From an uncultured Thermoleophilia bacterium (GTDB taxonomy: Bacteria; Actinomycetota; Thermoleophilia; UBA2241): a DNA stretch of 64,000 bases. Below are positions 9,049 to 18,820 of this stretch, piece after piece. A model generated the notes under the pieces. That model did not search any database, had not been told where the DNA came from, and saw only the letters and a list, made by a program, of their open reading frames with translations. The stretch's first letter is position 1, and every line of letters starts with the position of its first letter. Both the position numbers and the translations under genes were made by a program. Location: contig CAWCSR010000003.1 of NCBI GenBank assembly GCA_963798285.1, positions 784,905 through 848,904 on the forward strand, written 5' to 3'.

Positions 9049-11331
9049 TCAGTCCCGGACGAGCAGACCGAGCTCGCGCGCCCTGGCGACGGCGTCGGCG
9101 CGCGACGAGACCTCGAGCTTGCGGTAGAGGCTCTTGACGTGCGTCTTCACCGTGTTGCGCGAGACGAACAGCTGCTCGGCCATCTGCGCGTCCGTGAGGT
9201 GCGTCGGCAGGAGCTCGAGCACTCGGCGCTCGGCCGGCGTGAGCGGCTCGGACAGCCGCTTGCGCTCCACGGCCTCGAGGAGCCGCTCGGCGCGGCGCCG
9301 CAGGATGCCCGCGTCGGGGTACCGCTCGAGCAGCATCTGGGCGGCGAGCGCGTGCGCCTCAGCGGCGGTCATGTCGGCGCGCTCGACGGCGCCCTCGCCG
9401 AGCACCACGTCGGCGAGCAGCGCCATCCACGGGTGAGACACCATGTGGCGCAGCAGCCGCGCCACGTCGGCAGCCGCCTCCTCGCCCTCGGGTCCGGCCG
9501 CGCGCGAGCGCAGCTTGACGCGCGTCAGCAGCATCGGCAGGCAGCGCCGGTGGGTGCCGAATCCGAGACTGGTCAGCAGGTCGGTCGCGCGCCCCTCGTA
9601 CTCCCCGGCGACCTCCCACTCGGCTTCGTCCGCGGCGATCAGCGCGAGGTAGCCGAGTGCGCCGAGCTCGGCGGACTGGTTGCAGACCGAGCCCTCTCGA
9701 GCGCCGACCGCGAGTGGGTGGAGTGCGCGCTGGGTGGACCCCGAGAGCCAGCGCGCCACGCCGAGCACCACCTGGGCATCGGCGTACCAGCTGGTGCCCG
9801 GAGTGGCCTCAAGGCGGGCGGCGAGCTCCGCGTCTTCGCGCATCTGGCGCACGCCGCGAGCGCCCACCGTGGCGCGGAGCAGGGCCTGCGACGAACGCAG
9901 CGATGCGGCGCCGTCCGGCGAGGGCGAGTCGTCCATCGGCGCCGAGCAGGCCGCCTCGCACCAGCGCTCACCGAGGCGGCCGGCGTCGAGGGCGGAGTAG
10001 ACCCAGCCGGCGGTGAGCGTCAGCGGCGGCTGCGTGAGGATCTGGCGGTCAGTGAACGAGGTGAGCCAGCGGCGGACCGTCTCAGCCTGGCCGCGGTTCC
10101 ACATGCCGGGCCAGGCCGCCGCCACCAGCTCGCCGGCGGCCACGGCCTCCCCGGCGGCAAGCAGGTGGTGCACCGCCTGGTCCGGCAGGTCCTCGTGCGC
10201 GTACCAGTCCGCCACCGTCCGGTGTAAGGTGTCGGGCATCCCCGGGTGCCGCTTCTCCAGCTCGTCCTGCAGCATCTCGGCGAACAGGTGGTGGTAGCGG
10301 TAGTGGCAGCCGTCCTCGCCCAGGGGCACGACGAAGAGCTCGTCGCGAGCGATCCGCGCCAGCAGCTCGCCGCCGTCATCCCTGCCCGTGACGAGTGCGC
10401 ACAGGCGGGGCGTGAGCTCGAGCAACACCGAGGTGCGCAGCAGGAACTCCTGGACGTCGTCCGGCTGCGCCTCGAGCACCTCGGAGGTGAGGTACGCGGC
10501 GATCTCCCGGCGCCCGCCACGGATCCCGCCCACCCAGTCCGCCGCCGGCCGGCCGGCGCCGGCGAGGCAGGCCAGCTGCAGGCCGGTGGCCCAGCCTTCG
10601 GTGGCCGCCAGCAGCGCGCCGGCGGTCTCGTCGTCGAAGTCGCAGCCGTGGATGCGCAGCAGCTGAGCGACCTCCTCGGCGTCCAGTGAAAGCCGCGCGG
10701 CGTGGAACTCAGCGACCTCCCCGCTGGCGCGCATGCGCGCCAGCGGGAGCGTGGGGTCCGTGCGCGACCCGATGGCGAGCTGCGCGCCGCCCGGCAGATC
10801 GCGAAGCACTGTGGCGACGAGGTCCCAGACCTTGTCCCCCCGCAACAGGTGGGCGTCGTCCAGGACGAGCACGAACGGCGGCGCCGCCGCCAGCGCCTCG
10901 CCCAGAAGAGGCAGGATGCGCTCGCTCACCGGTGGCGCAGCCAGCGAAAGCGAACTGTGCACGGACGGGTCCAGCTCAGTGACGCACTCCAGCGCGAGCG
11001 CGACGTAGGTGAGGAAGACGACGGGGTCAGAGTCGGCATCGTCGAGCTGGATCCAGGCGAACGGCCGGCCGTCGGCTTCGGCCCACTGCCGAAGCACCGT
11101 CGTCTTGCCGGCCCCGGCGGGTGCGCAGAACGCCACCAGCGGCGCGCCTGTGCCGCTGAGCTCGTCGAGCAGCGCACGGCGCTCGACCAGCCGGACGCGG
11201 GCCTGTGGCGGCCGTAGCTTGGCCGGCAGCGTGTCCGCCGGCGGGCGCCCTTGCTGGGCTGGTGCCGAGGCAAGCCAGCGCGCCCGCAAACGGGATGCGG
11301 TATCCGAAGATGGCCCCTCGCGCGAAGTCAC
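9049..11331 (-). CDS. Large ATP-binding LuxR-family (LAL/MalT-like) transcriptional regulator
   Basis: Intact 760-aa ORF. N-terminal Walker A is APAGAGKTT. The central region is TPR-like and helical. The C-terminal LuxR HTH is LTPAERRVLELLPTHLTDAQMAEQLFVSRNTVKTHVKSLYRKL. Confidence 0.85.
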   Translation of the reverse strand: MTSREGPSSDTASRLRARWLASAPAQQGRPPADTLPAKLRPPQARVRLVERRALLDELSGTGAPLVAFCAPAGAGKTTVLRQWAEADGRPFAWIQLDDADSDPVVFLTYVALALECVTELDPSVHSSLSLAAPPVSERILPLLGEALAAAPPFVLVLDDAHLLRGDKVWDLVATVLRDLPGGAQLAIGSRTDPTLPLARMRASGEVAEFHAARLSLDAEEVAQLLRIHGCDFDDETAGALLAATEGWATGLQLACLAGAGRPAADWVGGIRGGRREIAAYLTSEVLEAQPDDVQEFLLRTSVLLELTPRLCALVTGRDDGGELLARIARDELFVVPLGEDGCHYRYHHLFAEMLQDELEKRHPGMPDTLHRTVADWYAHEDLPDQAVHHLLAAGEAVAAGELVAAAWPGMWNRGQAETVRRWLTSFTDRQILTQPPLTLTAGWVYSALDAGRLGERWCEAACSAPMDDSPSPDGAASLRSSQALLRATVGARGVRQMREDAELAARLEATPGTSWYADAQVVLGVARWLSGSTQRALHPLAVGAREGSVCNQSAELGALGYLALIAADEAEWEVAGEYEGRATDLLTSLGFGTHRRCLPMLLTRVKLRSRAAGPEGEEAAADVARLLRHMVSHPWMALLADVVLGEGAVERADMTAAEAHALAAQMLLERYPDAGILRRRAERLLEAVERKRLSEPLTPAERRVLELLPTHLTDAQMAEQLFVSRNTVKTHVKSLYRKLEVSSRADAVARARELGLLVRD

Positions 11332-11437
11332 CTCTCCTCCCCCTCAGGCGACCTTACGACAGTGGACCTTCAGTTTACGTCACCCAACGGTGACTCACCA
11401 GAGTCCAGCCGCCCGCCACGGTCTGTCGGCCAGGGGC

Positions 11438-11767
11438 TCAATACAGGTGGGGTCGGACCTGGGCGAAGCGCAGTCGCGTGCTCGCTGCCCGCAACGAGCA
11501 CCAGGCCAGGGTCCTGTCGTCACCGCGTCGCGCCTGGACGTGGTCGCAGGCGGGCCGGCCGGAGTACACAAGGCAACCTTCCAGCGCCGCCCCGCGGCAC
11601 GTGCAGACGGCGCGGGGCTGCACGGCGAACAACTGGGCGTACCGGCACTCGGCGCACACCAGGTGGGCGCGCGCCACGTACGGGAGTTCTCCGGCAACGG
11701 GGCTCGCCTGCCGCCGCGCTCCCGTGAGCCTGACCATGACGCCTCCGATCACCTCGCGCTCTGCCAC
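11438..11767 (-). CDS. Hypothetical Cys-rich small protein (possible zinc ribbon) upstream of the LuxR-family gene
   Basis: ORF with CAEC ... CTC ... C ... C spacing (HLVCAECRYAQ...AVCTCRG). No family recognised, and it could be non-coding. Confidence 0.25.
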   Translation of the reverse strand: MAEREVIGGVMVRLTGARRQASPVAGELPYVARAHLVCAECRYAQLFAVQPRAVCTCRGAALEGCLVYSGRPACDHVQARRGDDRTLAWCSLRAASTRLRFAQVRPHLY

Positions 11768-11890
11768 ACCACCAACAGTACCGGCGAGGGGAGTGGCGAA
11801 GCTTCACCCTATTCGGGTGGTCCGCGGTACAGCCGGAGAAAGGGCCGCACGCCGGGACACGGCGGGGCCGGGACACGGCGGGGGGCCGAC

Positions 11891-11965
11891 GTGGCCGCGC
11901 TCGCGCAGCGGGCCGGAGTGGCCGCGCTCGCGCAGCGGGCCGGAACTAGCCGCGCTCGCGCGCGG
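11891..11965. repeat. 27-bp tandem duplication (2 full copies plus a partial third that overlaps the DUF3870 stop codon)
   Basis: gtggccgcgctcgcgcagcgggccgga occurs at 11891-11917 and identically at 11918-11944. The partial third copy actagccgcgctcgcgcgcgg contains the TAG stop (complement of 11946-11948). Confidence 0.9.
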
Positions 11966-12326
11966 TGCCGTCCGGCCGCGCGCTCGGCAGCGGGCCGGCG
12001 GCCTCGCCCAGCACCAGCGGGCTCTGGTCGACGGCCTCGAACGCCTTGTGGAGCGCGGAGACGAGCGCGCCCTGGGAGTGGCCGCGGTAGCGGTAGCGGA
12101 CCAGGGCCTCGATCTCCGCGCGCTCGGTGAGCACGTTGCGGCCGATCAGCAGGCGCTCGAAGAACGCGGAGGCCGCCACCATCATCAGGGTGGTGCTGCA
12201 GGCGGTGACCACGCCTTCCGCGTCGACCTCGACGACCACGCCGACGCGCTTGTACATGGCCTGGTGGCTCACGTCCTGCGGCAGGCGCGCATAGCCGGAG
12301 AAGAGGAAGGACATCGGCTCGCTCAT
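11946..12326 (-). CDS. DUF3870-like protein
   Basis: Intact 126-aa ORF. The pattern SGYARLP...VGVVVEVDAEGVVTACSTTLMMVAASAFFERLLIGRNV...YRGHSQGALVSALHKA matches my recollection of DUF3870, a family often found next to glutaconate-type CoA-transferase genes. Confidence 0.55.
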   Translation of the reverse strand: MSEPMSFLFSGYARLPQDVSHQAMYKRVGVVVEVDAEGVVTACSTTLMMVAASAFFERLLIGRNVLTERAEIEALVRYRYRGHSQGALVSALHKAFEAVDQSPLVLGEAAGPLPSARPDGTARERG

Positions 12327-12541
12327 GCGCGCATGCTAGCACAGGCTTGCGTCCGCGCGAGGGTGGCGGGACTGTTGTGCCGCCGCCGCCCGCGTGTATC
12401 ATGGTGCCGCTGCCGCAAGGCCCGGGCCGGCGGCGTTCCCACCGGCCCTTTCGTCAGGCCCTGCTCCCCAGCTGAGACGCACCGTGCTCGCTGGGGCTTT
12501 CGCGTTTAAGGAACCCCGGCAGACTCGAGAAGGGGGATGCG

Positions 12542-13520
12542 ATGGCAGAGCACGACGGCCTGGACGGCAAGCTGATGACCATCGGCGAAGCCGTCGAGCG
12601 CTTCGTCCACGACGGCGACCAGATCTGTGTCGGCGGGTTCACCATCACCCGTAACCCGATGGCGGCGGTGTACGAGATCGCCCGCCGCCGCATCAAGGAC
12701 CTGCACCTGGTGGCGCACTCCAACGGCCAGGCGCTGGACGTGCTCGTCGGGGCCGGCTGCGTGGCGCCGCCTCGACATCGCCTACGGCGGCAACGGCCGC
12801 TTCGCCCCGACCTGCATCCGCTTCCGCAAGGCGGTGGAGCGCGGCGAGCTGCAGGTCGAGGACTACACCAACAACATGATGAGCCTGCGCTTCCTCGCCG
12901 GCGCGCTGGGCGTCCCGTTCATCCCCAGCAAGTCCGGCCTGGGGACCGACGTGGTCGAGAAGAGCGGCTTCCCGCCCGAGCTGCGCGGCAAGAACGGCGT
13001 CCCGCGCGAGAAGGTCATCGTCATCGACGACCCCTTCGGACACGCCGACGACGAGGTCGTGCTCCTCCCCGCGCTCACGCCCGACGTCTCCGTCATCCAC
13101 GCGCAACAGGTGAGCACCGACGGCACCGTGCGCATCAAAGGGCTCACCTTCGCCGACCTCGAGCAGTGCAAGGCGTCGACAGCCGTCATCGTCACCTGCG
13201 AGGAGATCGTCCCCGAGCACTACCTGCGCCTCGACCCCGACCAGAACGCCCTGCCGCCGTTCCTCGTCGACGCCGTCGTTCCGGTGCCCTACGGCGCCCA
13301 CCCCACCGCCTGCCGCTTCTTCTACGACTACGATCCGGCGCACCTGAACCGGTACAAGGCCGTAGCCAAGGACGACGAGCAGTTCGACGCCTGGATGGAG
13401 GAGTGGGTGTACGGCATCGAGAGCCGGGACCACTACCTGGACAAGGTCGGCGGCGCGCAGCTGGCGCGCATCCGCGCCAACACCGTCGCCGGCTACGCGC
13501 CCGGCCTGGACCGGAGGTGA
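12542..13520 (+). pseudogene. Glutaconate-type CoA-transferase subunit A (one frameshift near 12765 in this assembly)
   Basis: The N-terminus MAEHDGLDGKLMTIGEAVERFVHDGDQICVGGFTITRNPMAAVYEIARRRIKDLHLVAHSNGQALDVLVGAGCV is in frame 2. It continues as RLDIAYGGNGRFAP...VIHAQQVSTDGTVRIKG in frame 0 (ORF 12627..13520). Confidence 0.8.
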
Positions 13521-13525
13521 GCGAG

Positions 13526-14350
13526 ATGACCGAGTCCACATCGGCTCACGGAGCGGCCACGTCGCCGGCGACCGCCCCGGACACGACCGCGCCCGCCTAC
13601 TCCCCGCGCGAGATGATGGCGATCGCCGCCGGGCGGTTCATCAAGGACGGCGACGTGCTCTTCGCCGGCACCGGCGTGGCGATGCTGGCCGCCACCGTGG
13701 CCAAGCGCATCCACGCCCCGCACGCGCACATCTTCTTCGAGACCGGCGGCATCGGGCCGCTCCTGGACGAACTGCCCATGGCGGTCGCCGACCCGCGCGT
13801 CATGGCGTTCAGCAACCTCAACGCGGGGCTGGTCGAGGCCTTCAGCTACGTCGCCAACCGGCGCCTGCACACCATCGCCTTCCTCGGCGCCGCGCAGATC
13901 GACCGGTACGGCAACATGAACTCGACGGTGATCGGCGACTATCTGGCGCCCAAGGTCCGCTTCAGCGGCAGCGGGGGCGCCTGCGACGCCGGCTCGCTGG
14001 CGAGCGGCTACATCGTCTTCATGCAGCACGGCGTGCAGAAGTTCGTCGAGAAGCTGGACTATCTGACCACGCCGGGCTGGCTCGAGGGCGGCGACTCGCG
14101 CAGGCGCGCCGGGTACCGGCGCGGCGGGCCGATCGCCGTGGTCACCAACCTGTGCGTACTCAAGTTCGCCGACGACACGCACGAGATGTACCTCGCCGAG
14201 CGCTACGAGGGCGTGTCGCCGGAGACGGTCCAGGAGCACACCGGCTTCCCCCTCGACGTCTCCCGCGCCACGGTGGCCACACCGCCCACGGCGGAGGAGC
14301 TGCGGATCCTGCGCGACGACGTCGACCCGCAGCGCCTCATCCTCGGCTGA
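13526..14350 (+). CDS. Glutaconate-type CoA-transferase subunit B
   Basis: ATG at 13526 (an alternative GTG at 13517 overlaps the subunit A stop). Sequence: MMAIAAGRFIKDGDVLFAGTGVAMLAA...FLGAAQIDRYGNMNSTVIG...FSGSGGACD. It is the in-frame tail of listed ORF 12542..14350. Confidence 0.8.
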   Translation: MTESTSAHGAATSPATAPDTTAPAYSPREMMAIAAGRFIKDGDVLFAGTGVAMLAATVAKRIHAPHAHIFFETGGIGPLLDELPMAVADPRVMAFSNLNAGLVEAFSYVANRRLHTIAFLGAAQIDRYGNMNSTVIGDYLAPKVRFSGSGGACDAGSLASGYIVFMQHGVQKFVEKLDYLTTPGWLEGGDSRRRAGYRRGGPIAVVTNLCVLKFADDTHEMYLAERYEGVSPETVQEHTGFPLDVSRATVATPPTAEELRILRDDVDPQRLILG

Positions 14351-14605
14351 CGGCCGCCGGGGGCGGCAGCAAGAGCGTCCGGTCGGACGACGCGCCGAAA
14401 CGGCGCGCCGGTCGGCCCTTGTCTGGCCGCGGCGGGGGTTGACCGCGCTGACTCCCGGCCGGAGGCTCAGGGGCAGAGCCAGCGGCGAGCCGGCCGGAGG
14501 GGGCAGACTCGCCGGACCGGCCCGCTTTCAGGCTTCCGGGGGGACGCCTTCACGTGCGGTTTCCTCTGCCTGCGCGGCGGGCCCACACCGTGGAGGTCAG
14601 CCCGC

Positions 14606-15829
14606 ATGAGCCACATCAACCCCGGCGACACCGCGTTCGTCCTGATCTGCGCCGCCCTGGTCGCGATCATGACGCCCGGACTCGCGTTCTTCTACGGCGG
14701 CCTCGTGCGCCACAAGAACGTCATCACCATCATGATGCAGAGCTTCGCCTCGCTCGGCGTCGTCACGCTGATCTGGGTGACCTTCGGGTTCACGCTGGCG
14801 TTCGGCCACGACGTCCACGGCGTGATCGGGGGCCTCAACTACATCTTCCTGAACGGCGTCGGCCAGACGCCCAACCCGGACTTCGCGCCGACGATCCCCT
14901 TCCTCGCCTTCTTCGTCTTCCAGCTCACGGTCGCGGCGCTCACGCCGGCGCTGATCACCGGCGCCTTCGCCGACCGCGTGCCGTTCGGCAGTTACCTCGT
15001 CTTCCTCGCCGCCTGGAGCCTGCTCGTCTACGTCCCCCTGGCCCACTGGATCTGGGGCGGCGGCTTCCTCGAGCAGTGGGGCGTGCTCGACTTCGGCGGC
15101 GGCATGGTCGTGCACGGCGCCGCCGGCTTCTCCGCGCTCGCGTCCATCTACGTGATCAAGAAGCGGGTGTTCGTACCGGGCGAAGAGGAGAAGCCGAGCA
15201 ACATCCCGCTCATCGCCATCGGCCTCGGCCTGCTGTGGTTCGGCTGGCTCGGCGACAACCCGGCCGGCGCGTTCGCCGCCAACGGCGTCGCGGCGCAGGC
15301 CTTCGTCAATACCTTCATCGCCGGTGGCTGCGCCATGGTCGTCTGGATGTTCACCGACTGGGTGCGCAGCGGCAAGGTCAGCATGGTGGGCTCGCTCACC
15401 GGCGTGCTCGCCGGCCTCGTCGCGGTGACGCCGTGCGCCGGCTACGTGCCCACCTGGGCGGCGGTCTTCATCAGCCTCGCCGCCGGCTGGATCTGCTACG
15501 GCGCCCTGCTCTTCCGCAAGAAGCGCGGCTGGGACGACTCGCTCGACGTGTGGGGCGTGCACGGCGTCGGCGGCCTCTTCGGCAGCCTCATGGTCGGCTG
15601 GTTCGCCTACGGCGCGGTCAACGGCGCCAGGGGCCTCATGGACGGCAACCCCAAGCAGTTCGGCCTGCAGCTGGCCGCCGTCGGCATCACCCTCACCTAC
15701 ACGTTCGCCGTCACCTGGGCGATCTTCAAGGTGATCGACGTCGTCGGCAACCTCAGCGTCGCCGCGCAGGTGCAGGCGCGCGGGCTCGACGAGGAGCTCC
15801 ACGGCGAAAAGGCGTACGCCTTCGACTGA
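14606..15829 (+). CDS. amt: Ammonium transporter (Amt family)
   Basis: Intact 407-aa ORF with DTAFVLICAALVAIMTPGLAFFYGG, VHGAAGFSAL and LDVWGVHGVGG signatures. Confidence 0.95.
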   Translation: MSHINPGDTAFVLICAALVAIMTPGLAFFYGGLVRHKNVITIMMQSFASLGVVTLIWVTFGFTLAFGHDVHGVIGGLNYIFLNGVGQTPNPDFAPTIPFLAFFVFQLTVAALTPALITGAFADRVPFGSYLVFLAAWSLLVYVPLAHWIWGGGFLEQWGVLDFGGGMVVHGAAGFSALASIYVIKKRVFVPGEEEKPSNIPLIAIGLGLLWFGWLGDNPAGAFAANGVAAQAFVNTFIAGGCAMVVWMFTDWVRSGKVSMVGSLTGVLAGLVAVTPCAGYVPTWAAVFISLAAGWICYGALLFRKKRGWDDSLDVWGVHGVGGLFGSLMVGWFAYGAVNGARGLMDGNPKQFGLQLAAVGITLTYTFAVTWAIFKVIDVVGNLSVAAQVQARGLDEELHGEKAYAFD

Positions 15830-15877
15830 GCCTCCAGGGAGCTCCTCGGGCCGGGCCCGCGAGCCGCGGCCGCAGGC

Positions 15878-15913
15878 GAGGGGCGCGGCGGCCGCACGGC
15901 TGCCGCGCCCCTC
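15878..15913 (+). terminator. GC-rich hairpin downstream of amt (candidate intrinsic terminator without U-tract)
   Basis: gaggggcgcggcggc (15878-15892) pairs with gctgccgcgcccctc (15899-15913) with one mismatch and a 6-nt loop. Confidence 0.4.
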
Positions 15914-16137
15914 CTCGTCGGGGCTCGCCATAGTGGCGCGCGGCCGGTCGGCCACAGGCCCAAGAGTCAGCTTGCTGCCGGCTTCACAAGCTGTGAGAAT
16001 CGCGCCAATCGGGCGGGTGGGTCGAGGGAATCCCCATCTTGCCCGGCACACGTCCGGCCTGCGGGTGCGGTTCGCCGACGTACTCCCTTGAGGGTTCCGA
16101 GCCCGGGGCGCCGGACAGGGTCATAGGAGGATTTCGC

Positions 16138-17367
16138 ATGGGCGGAATCAACACGGGCGACACCGCGTTCGTCCTCATCTGCGCCGCCCTGGTGGCGCTG
16201 ATGACGCCAGGCCTGGCGTTCTTCTACGGAGGCCTGGTTCGCCGCAAGAACTTCCTGGCGATCATGATGCAGTCGTTCATCTCGATGGGCGTCGTCACCA
16301 CGATCTGGGTGTTCTTCGGCTACTCGCTCGCGTTCTCGGGCGACATCGGCGGAGTGTTCGGCAACCTGCACTGGGCCATGCTCACCGGCGTCGGCCACCT
16401 GCCGGGTCCGTGGGCGCCGAACATCCCGGCACAGGCGCACTTCGTCTACCAGGAGATGTTCGCCATCATCACCCCGGCGCTCATCACCGGCGCGTTCGCC
16501 GACCGCGTCAAGTTCAAGAGCTACCTCTGGTTCCTGGTGCTCTGGAGCATCATCGTGTACATCCCGTTCGTGCACTGGATCTGGGGCGGCGGCTGGCTCG
16601 ACGCAGCACGGCGTGCTCGACTTCGCCGGCGGCCTCGTGGTCCACGTGAGCGCCGGCTTCGCCGCCCTCGCGTCGGTCTTCGTGGTCGGCCGGCGCAAGT
16701 TCGGCCCGGGCGAGCGCGGCCTGCCGCACAACGTGGCCTTCGTGGCCCTCGGCACCGGCCTCCTGTGGTTCGGCTGGTTCGGCTTCAACGCCGGCTCGGC
16801 GCTCGCCGCCAACGGCATCGCCGCACAGGCGTTCGTGAACACCGACATCGCCGGCTCGATCGCCATGTGCACGTGGCTGGCGATCAGCTGGCGGCACGAC
16901 GGCAAGCCGAGCCTCGTCGGGGCGCTCACCGGCGCCGTCGCCGGCCTCGCCTGCGTCACGCCGTGCGCCGGCTACGTCCCCACCTGGGCGGCGTTCATCG
17001 TCGGCCTGCTGGCGGGCTCCGTGTGCTACTCCGCCGTGATCTTCGTGAAGCAGCATGAAGTGGGACGACGCGCTCGACGTGTGGGCCGCCCACGGCGTCG
17101 GCGGCTTCATGGGCGCCATCCTGCTCGGCGTGTTCGCCCTCAAGTCGGTCAACCCCGCGGGCGCCGACGGCCTCATCACCGGCAACTGGACGTTCTTCGG
17201 CTGGCAGGTGCTCGCGACCGTCGTCTGCGCGGCCTACGCCTTCGTCGCGACCTTCCTCATCCTCAAGCTCATCAAGGCTGTTCGGCACGATCCGGGTGCC
17301 GGACTCCGTGGAGCTCAGGGGCCTCGACGAGACCGAGTTCGGAGAGACCGCCTACGACCTGACGTGA
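16138..17367 (+). pseudogene. amt: Second ammonium transporter paralog (three frameshifts near 16600, 17050 and 17280)
   Basis: ATG at 16138 follows TAGGAGGA. Pieces: MGGINTGDTAFVLICAALVALMTPGLAFFYGG...HWIWGGGWL (frame 1), LDFAGGLVVHVSAGF...VIFVKQ (frame 2), KWDDALDVWAAHGVGGF...LILKLIKA (frame 0), then ...IRVPDSVELRGLDETEFGETAYDLT* (frame 1). Confidence 0.85.
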
Positions 17368-17417
17368 CAGACCGGGCGGCGCAGACCCGAAGCTCGCGCC
17401 GCCCTCCAGACAGACGC

Positions 17418-17457
17418 GCCGAGGGGCGGGGCCGGAAGGGAGCGGCCCCGCCCCTCG
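17418..17457. terminator. Perfect 16-bp hairpin between convergent genes (candidate bidirectional terminator)
   Basis: ccgaggggcggggccg (17418-17433), loop gaagggag, cggccccgcccctcgg (17442-17457). It lies between the amt2 stop (17367) and the minus-strand gene end (17482). Confidence 0.6.
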
Positions 17458-17481
17458 GCCGTACGACACTCCCGGCCGAGC

Positions 17482-18091
17482 TTACGGGCGACCCCACCAG
17501 CGCTCGTAGGAAGCCGGCAGCTTGAGCCCCTTGGCGAAGGTCTTGCGCTCCTGCGCGTGGACCTTGCACTGCTCGAGCTCCTCGCGGATGGCCGGCTCGA
17601 GCGCCTCGTTGAACTCGGCGACCTGCTGGTTCACGATCTCGACCTGCGACTCGATGTACCGCAGGGACTCGTCGAAGTGCCGGTTGGCCGCGTTGGCCAG
17701 CGGGCGCTCCGCCGCGTAGCGCACGATGACCCGGCTCTTCTCCGTGTCCACGGTGACGCCGGCGTGATGCAGGTCCTCGTCGTCGCCGATGGCGCTCGCC
17801 AGCGTCGCCGCACCGTCCACGGTCACGAACAACTCGACCGCCGTGCCGCGCACGACCAGCGGAGAGCCTCCGGGCTCCTCGTGACCGGGGTCACCCGCGA
17901 CGGCCATCCTGGTCGGGCGCGGCGAGTCGAGACGACACGTGATGCAGCCTCACCGGCTCGACGGCGTGCCGCTGGAAGATGTTCTCGGCCACCGTCTTGA
18001 GGTCCCGCGAGAGCAAGACGTCGTCGGCCACGGTGTCGGCGTCTCGCAACGCCTTGTCGAGAGCGGCCTCCAGGGCAGCGGTCAGGCTCAT
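17482..18091 (-). pseudogene. Hypothetical protein (frameshift near 17900 joins ORFs 17891..18151 and 17482..17907)
   Basis: ATG at 18091 is preceded by GGAGG. MSLTAALEAALDKALRDADTV...EPVRLHHV continues in another frame as ...PLVVRGTAVELFVTVDG...VEIVNQQVAEFNEALEPAIREELEQCKVHAQERK. No family recognised. Confidence 0.45.
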
Positions 18092-18157
18092 CGGTGGGCC
18101 TCCAGGTAGGGGAGTGAGCGTGCGCCGGTAGTCTACCTCCGCGCGCCCCACAAAGGC

Positions 18158-18613
18158 TCAGATCGCCTCGTCCTCCGCCACCGGGACGCCGGCGGACGCG
18201 AGCCCATCCGCCCACACGGCCGGGTCGTCGACGACGAACTCCCGCACGGAGCCGTCGTCGAGCGTCAAAGCCAAGTGGTACCTGTGTTCCGTGAGCGCCT
18301 CGCGCCGGCGCGACTCGAGGCGCGCGCCGGTGAGGCTCATCACCGGAACGTTCACGCGCGCGCCGGTGATCGGCTGGAAGACGAGGCGGCGGCCCGTGAG
18401 GCCGAGCACGCCGTGCGCGGTGCCGCGGCCGGGCGTCACGCCCAGACCGCCCGCGCCGCGCAAGGGCACGATCCACTCCTCGCCGCGGACCGCGACCTCG
18501 TCGCGAAGCTCGTCGGCGGCGGCCTGGGCACGGGCATCCGCACGCTTCATGAAGAGCATGGCGACGGCGACGGTCACCGCCATGATGCCGGCGACGACGA
18601 GGACCGTGATCAT
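18158..18613 (-). CDS. Membrane-anchored hypothetical protein (N-terminal TM helix, possible PH/GRAM-like fold)
   Basis: ATG at 18613: MITVLVVAGIMAVTVAVAMLFMKR... The listed ORF 18158..18811 extends upstream through the tRNA, so I use the internal start. Confidence 0.55.
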   Translation of the reverse strand: MITVLVVAGIMAVTVAVAMLFMKRADARAQAAADELRDEVAVRGEEWIVPLRGAGGLGVTPGRGTAHGVLGLTGRRLVFQPITGARVNVPVMSLTGARLESRRREALTEHRYHLALTLDDGSVREFVVDDPAVWADGLASAGVPVAEDEAI

Positions 18614-18690
18614 CTGACGTTCACAGGCGCGATACCCCCGAGGCAGAAGGGGCGCCGCAGCCCGGTGGACCACGACGCCCCACTGATGAC

Positions 18691-18766
<76 letters not shown>

Positions 18767-18820
18767 CCGCTCCGGCCGGGAAAGTATAGGCGATGGCCAC
18801 GGCACGGACAAACGACGGCG

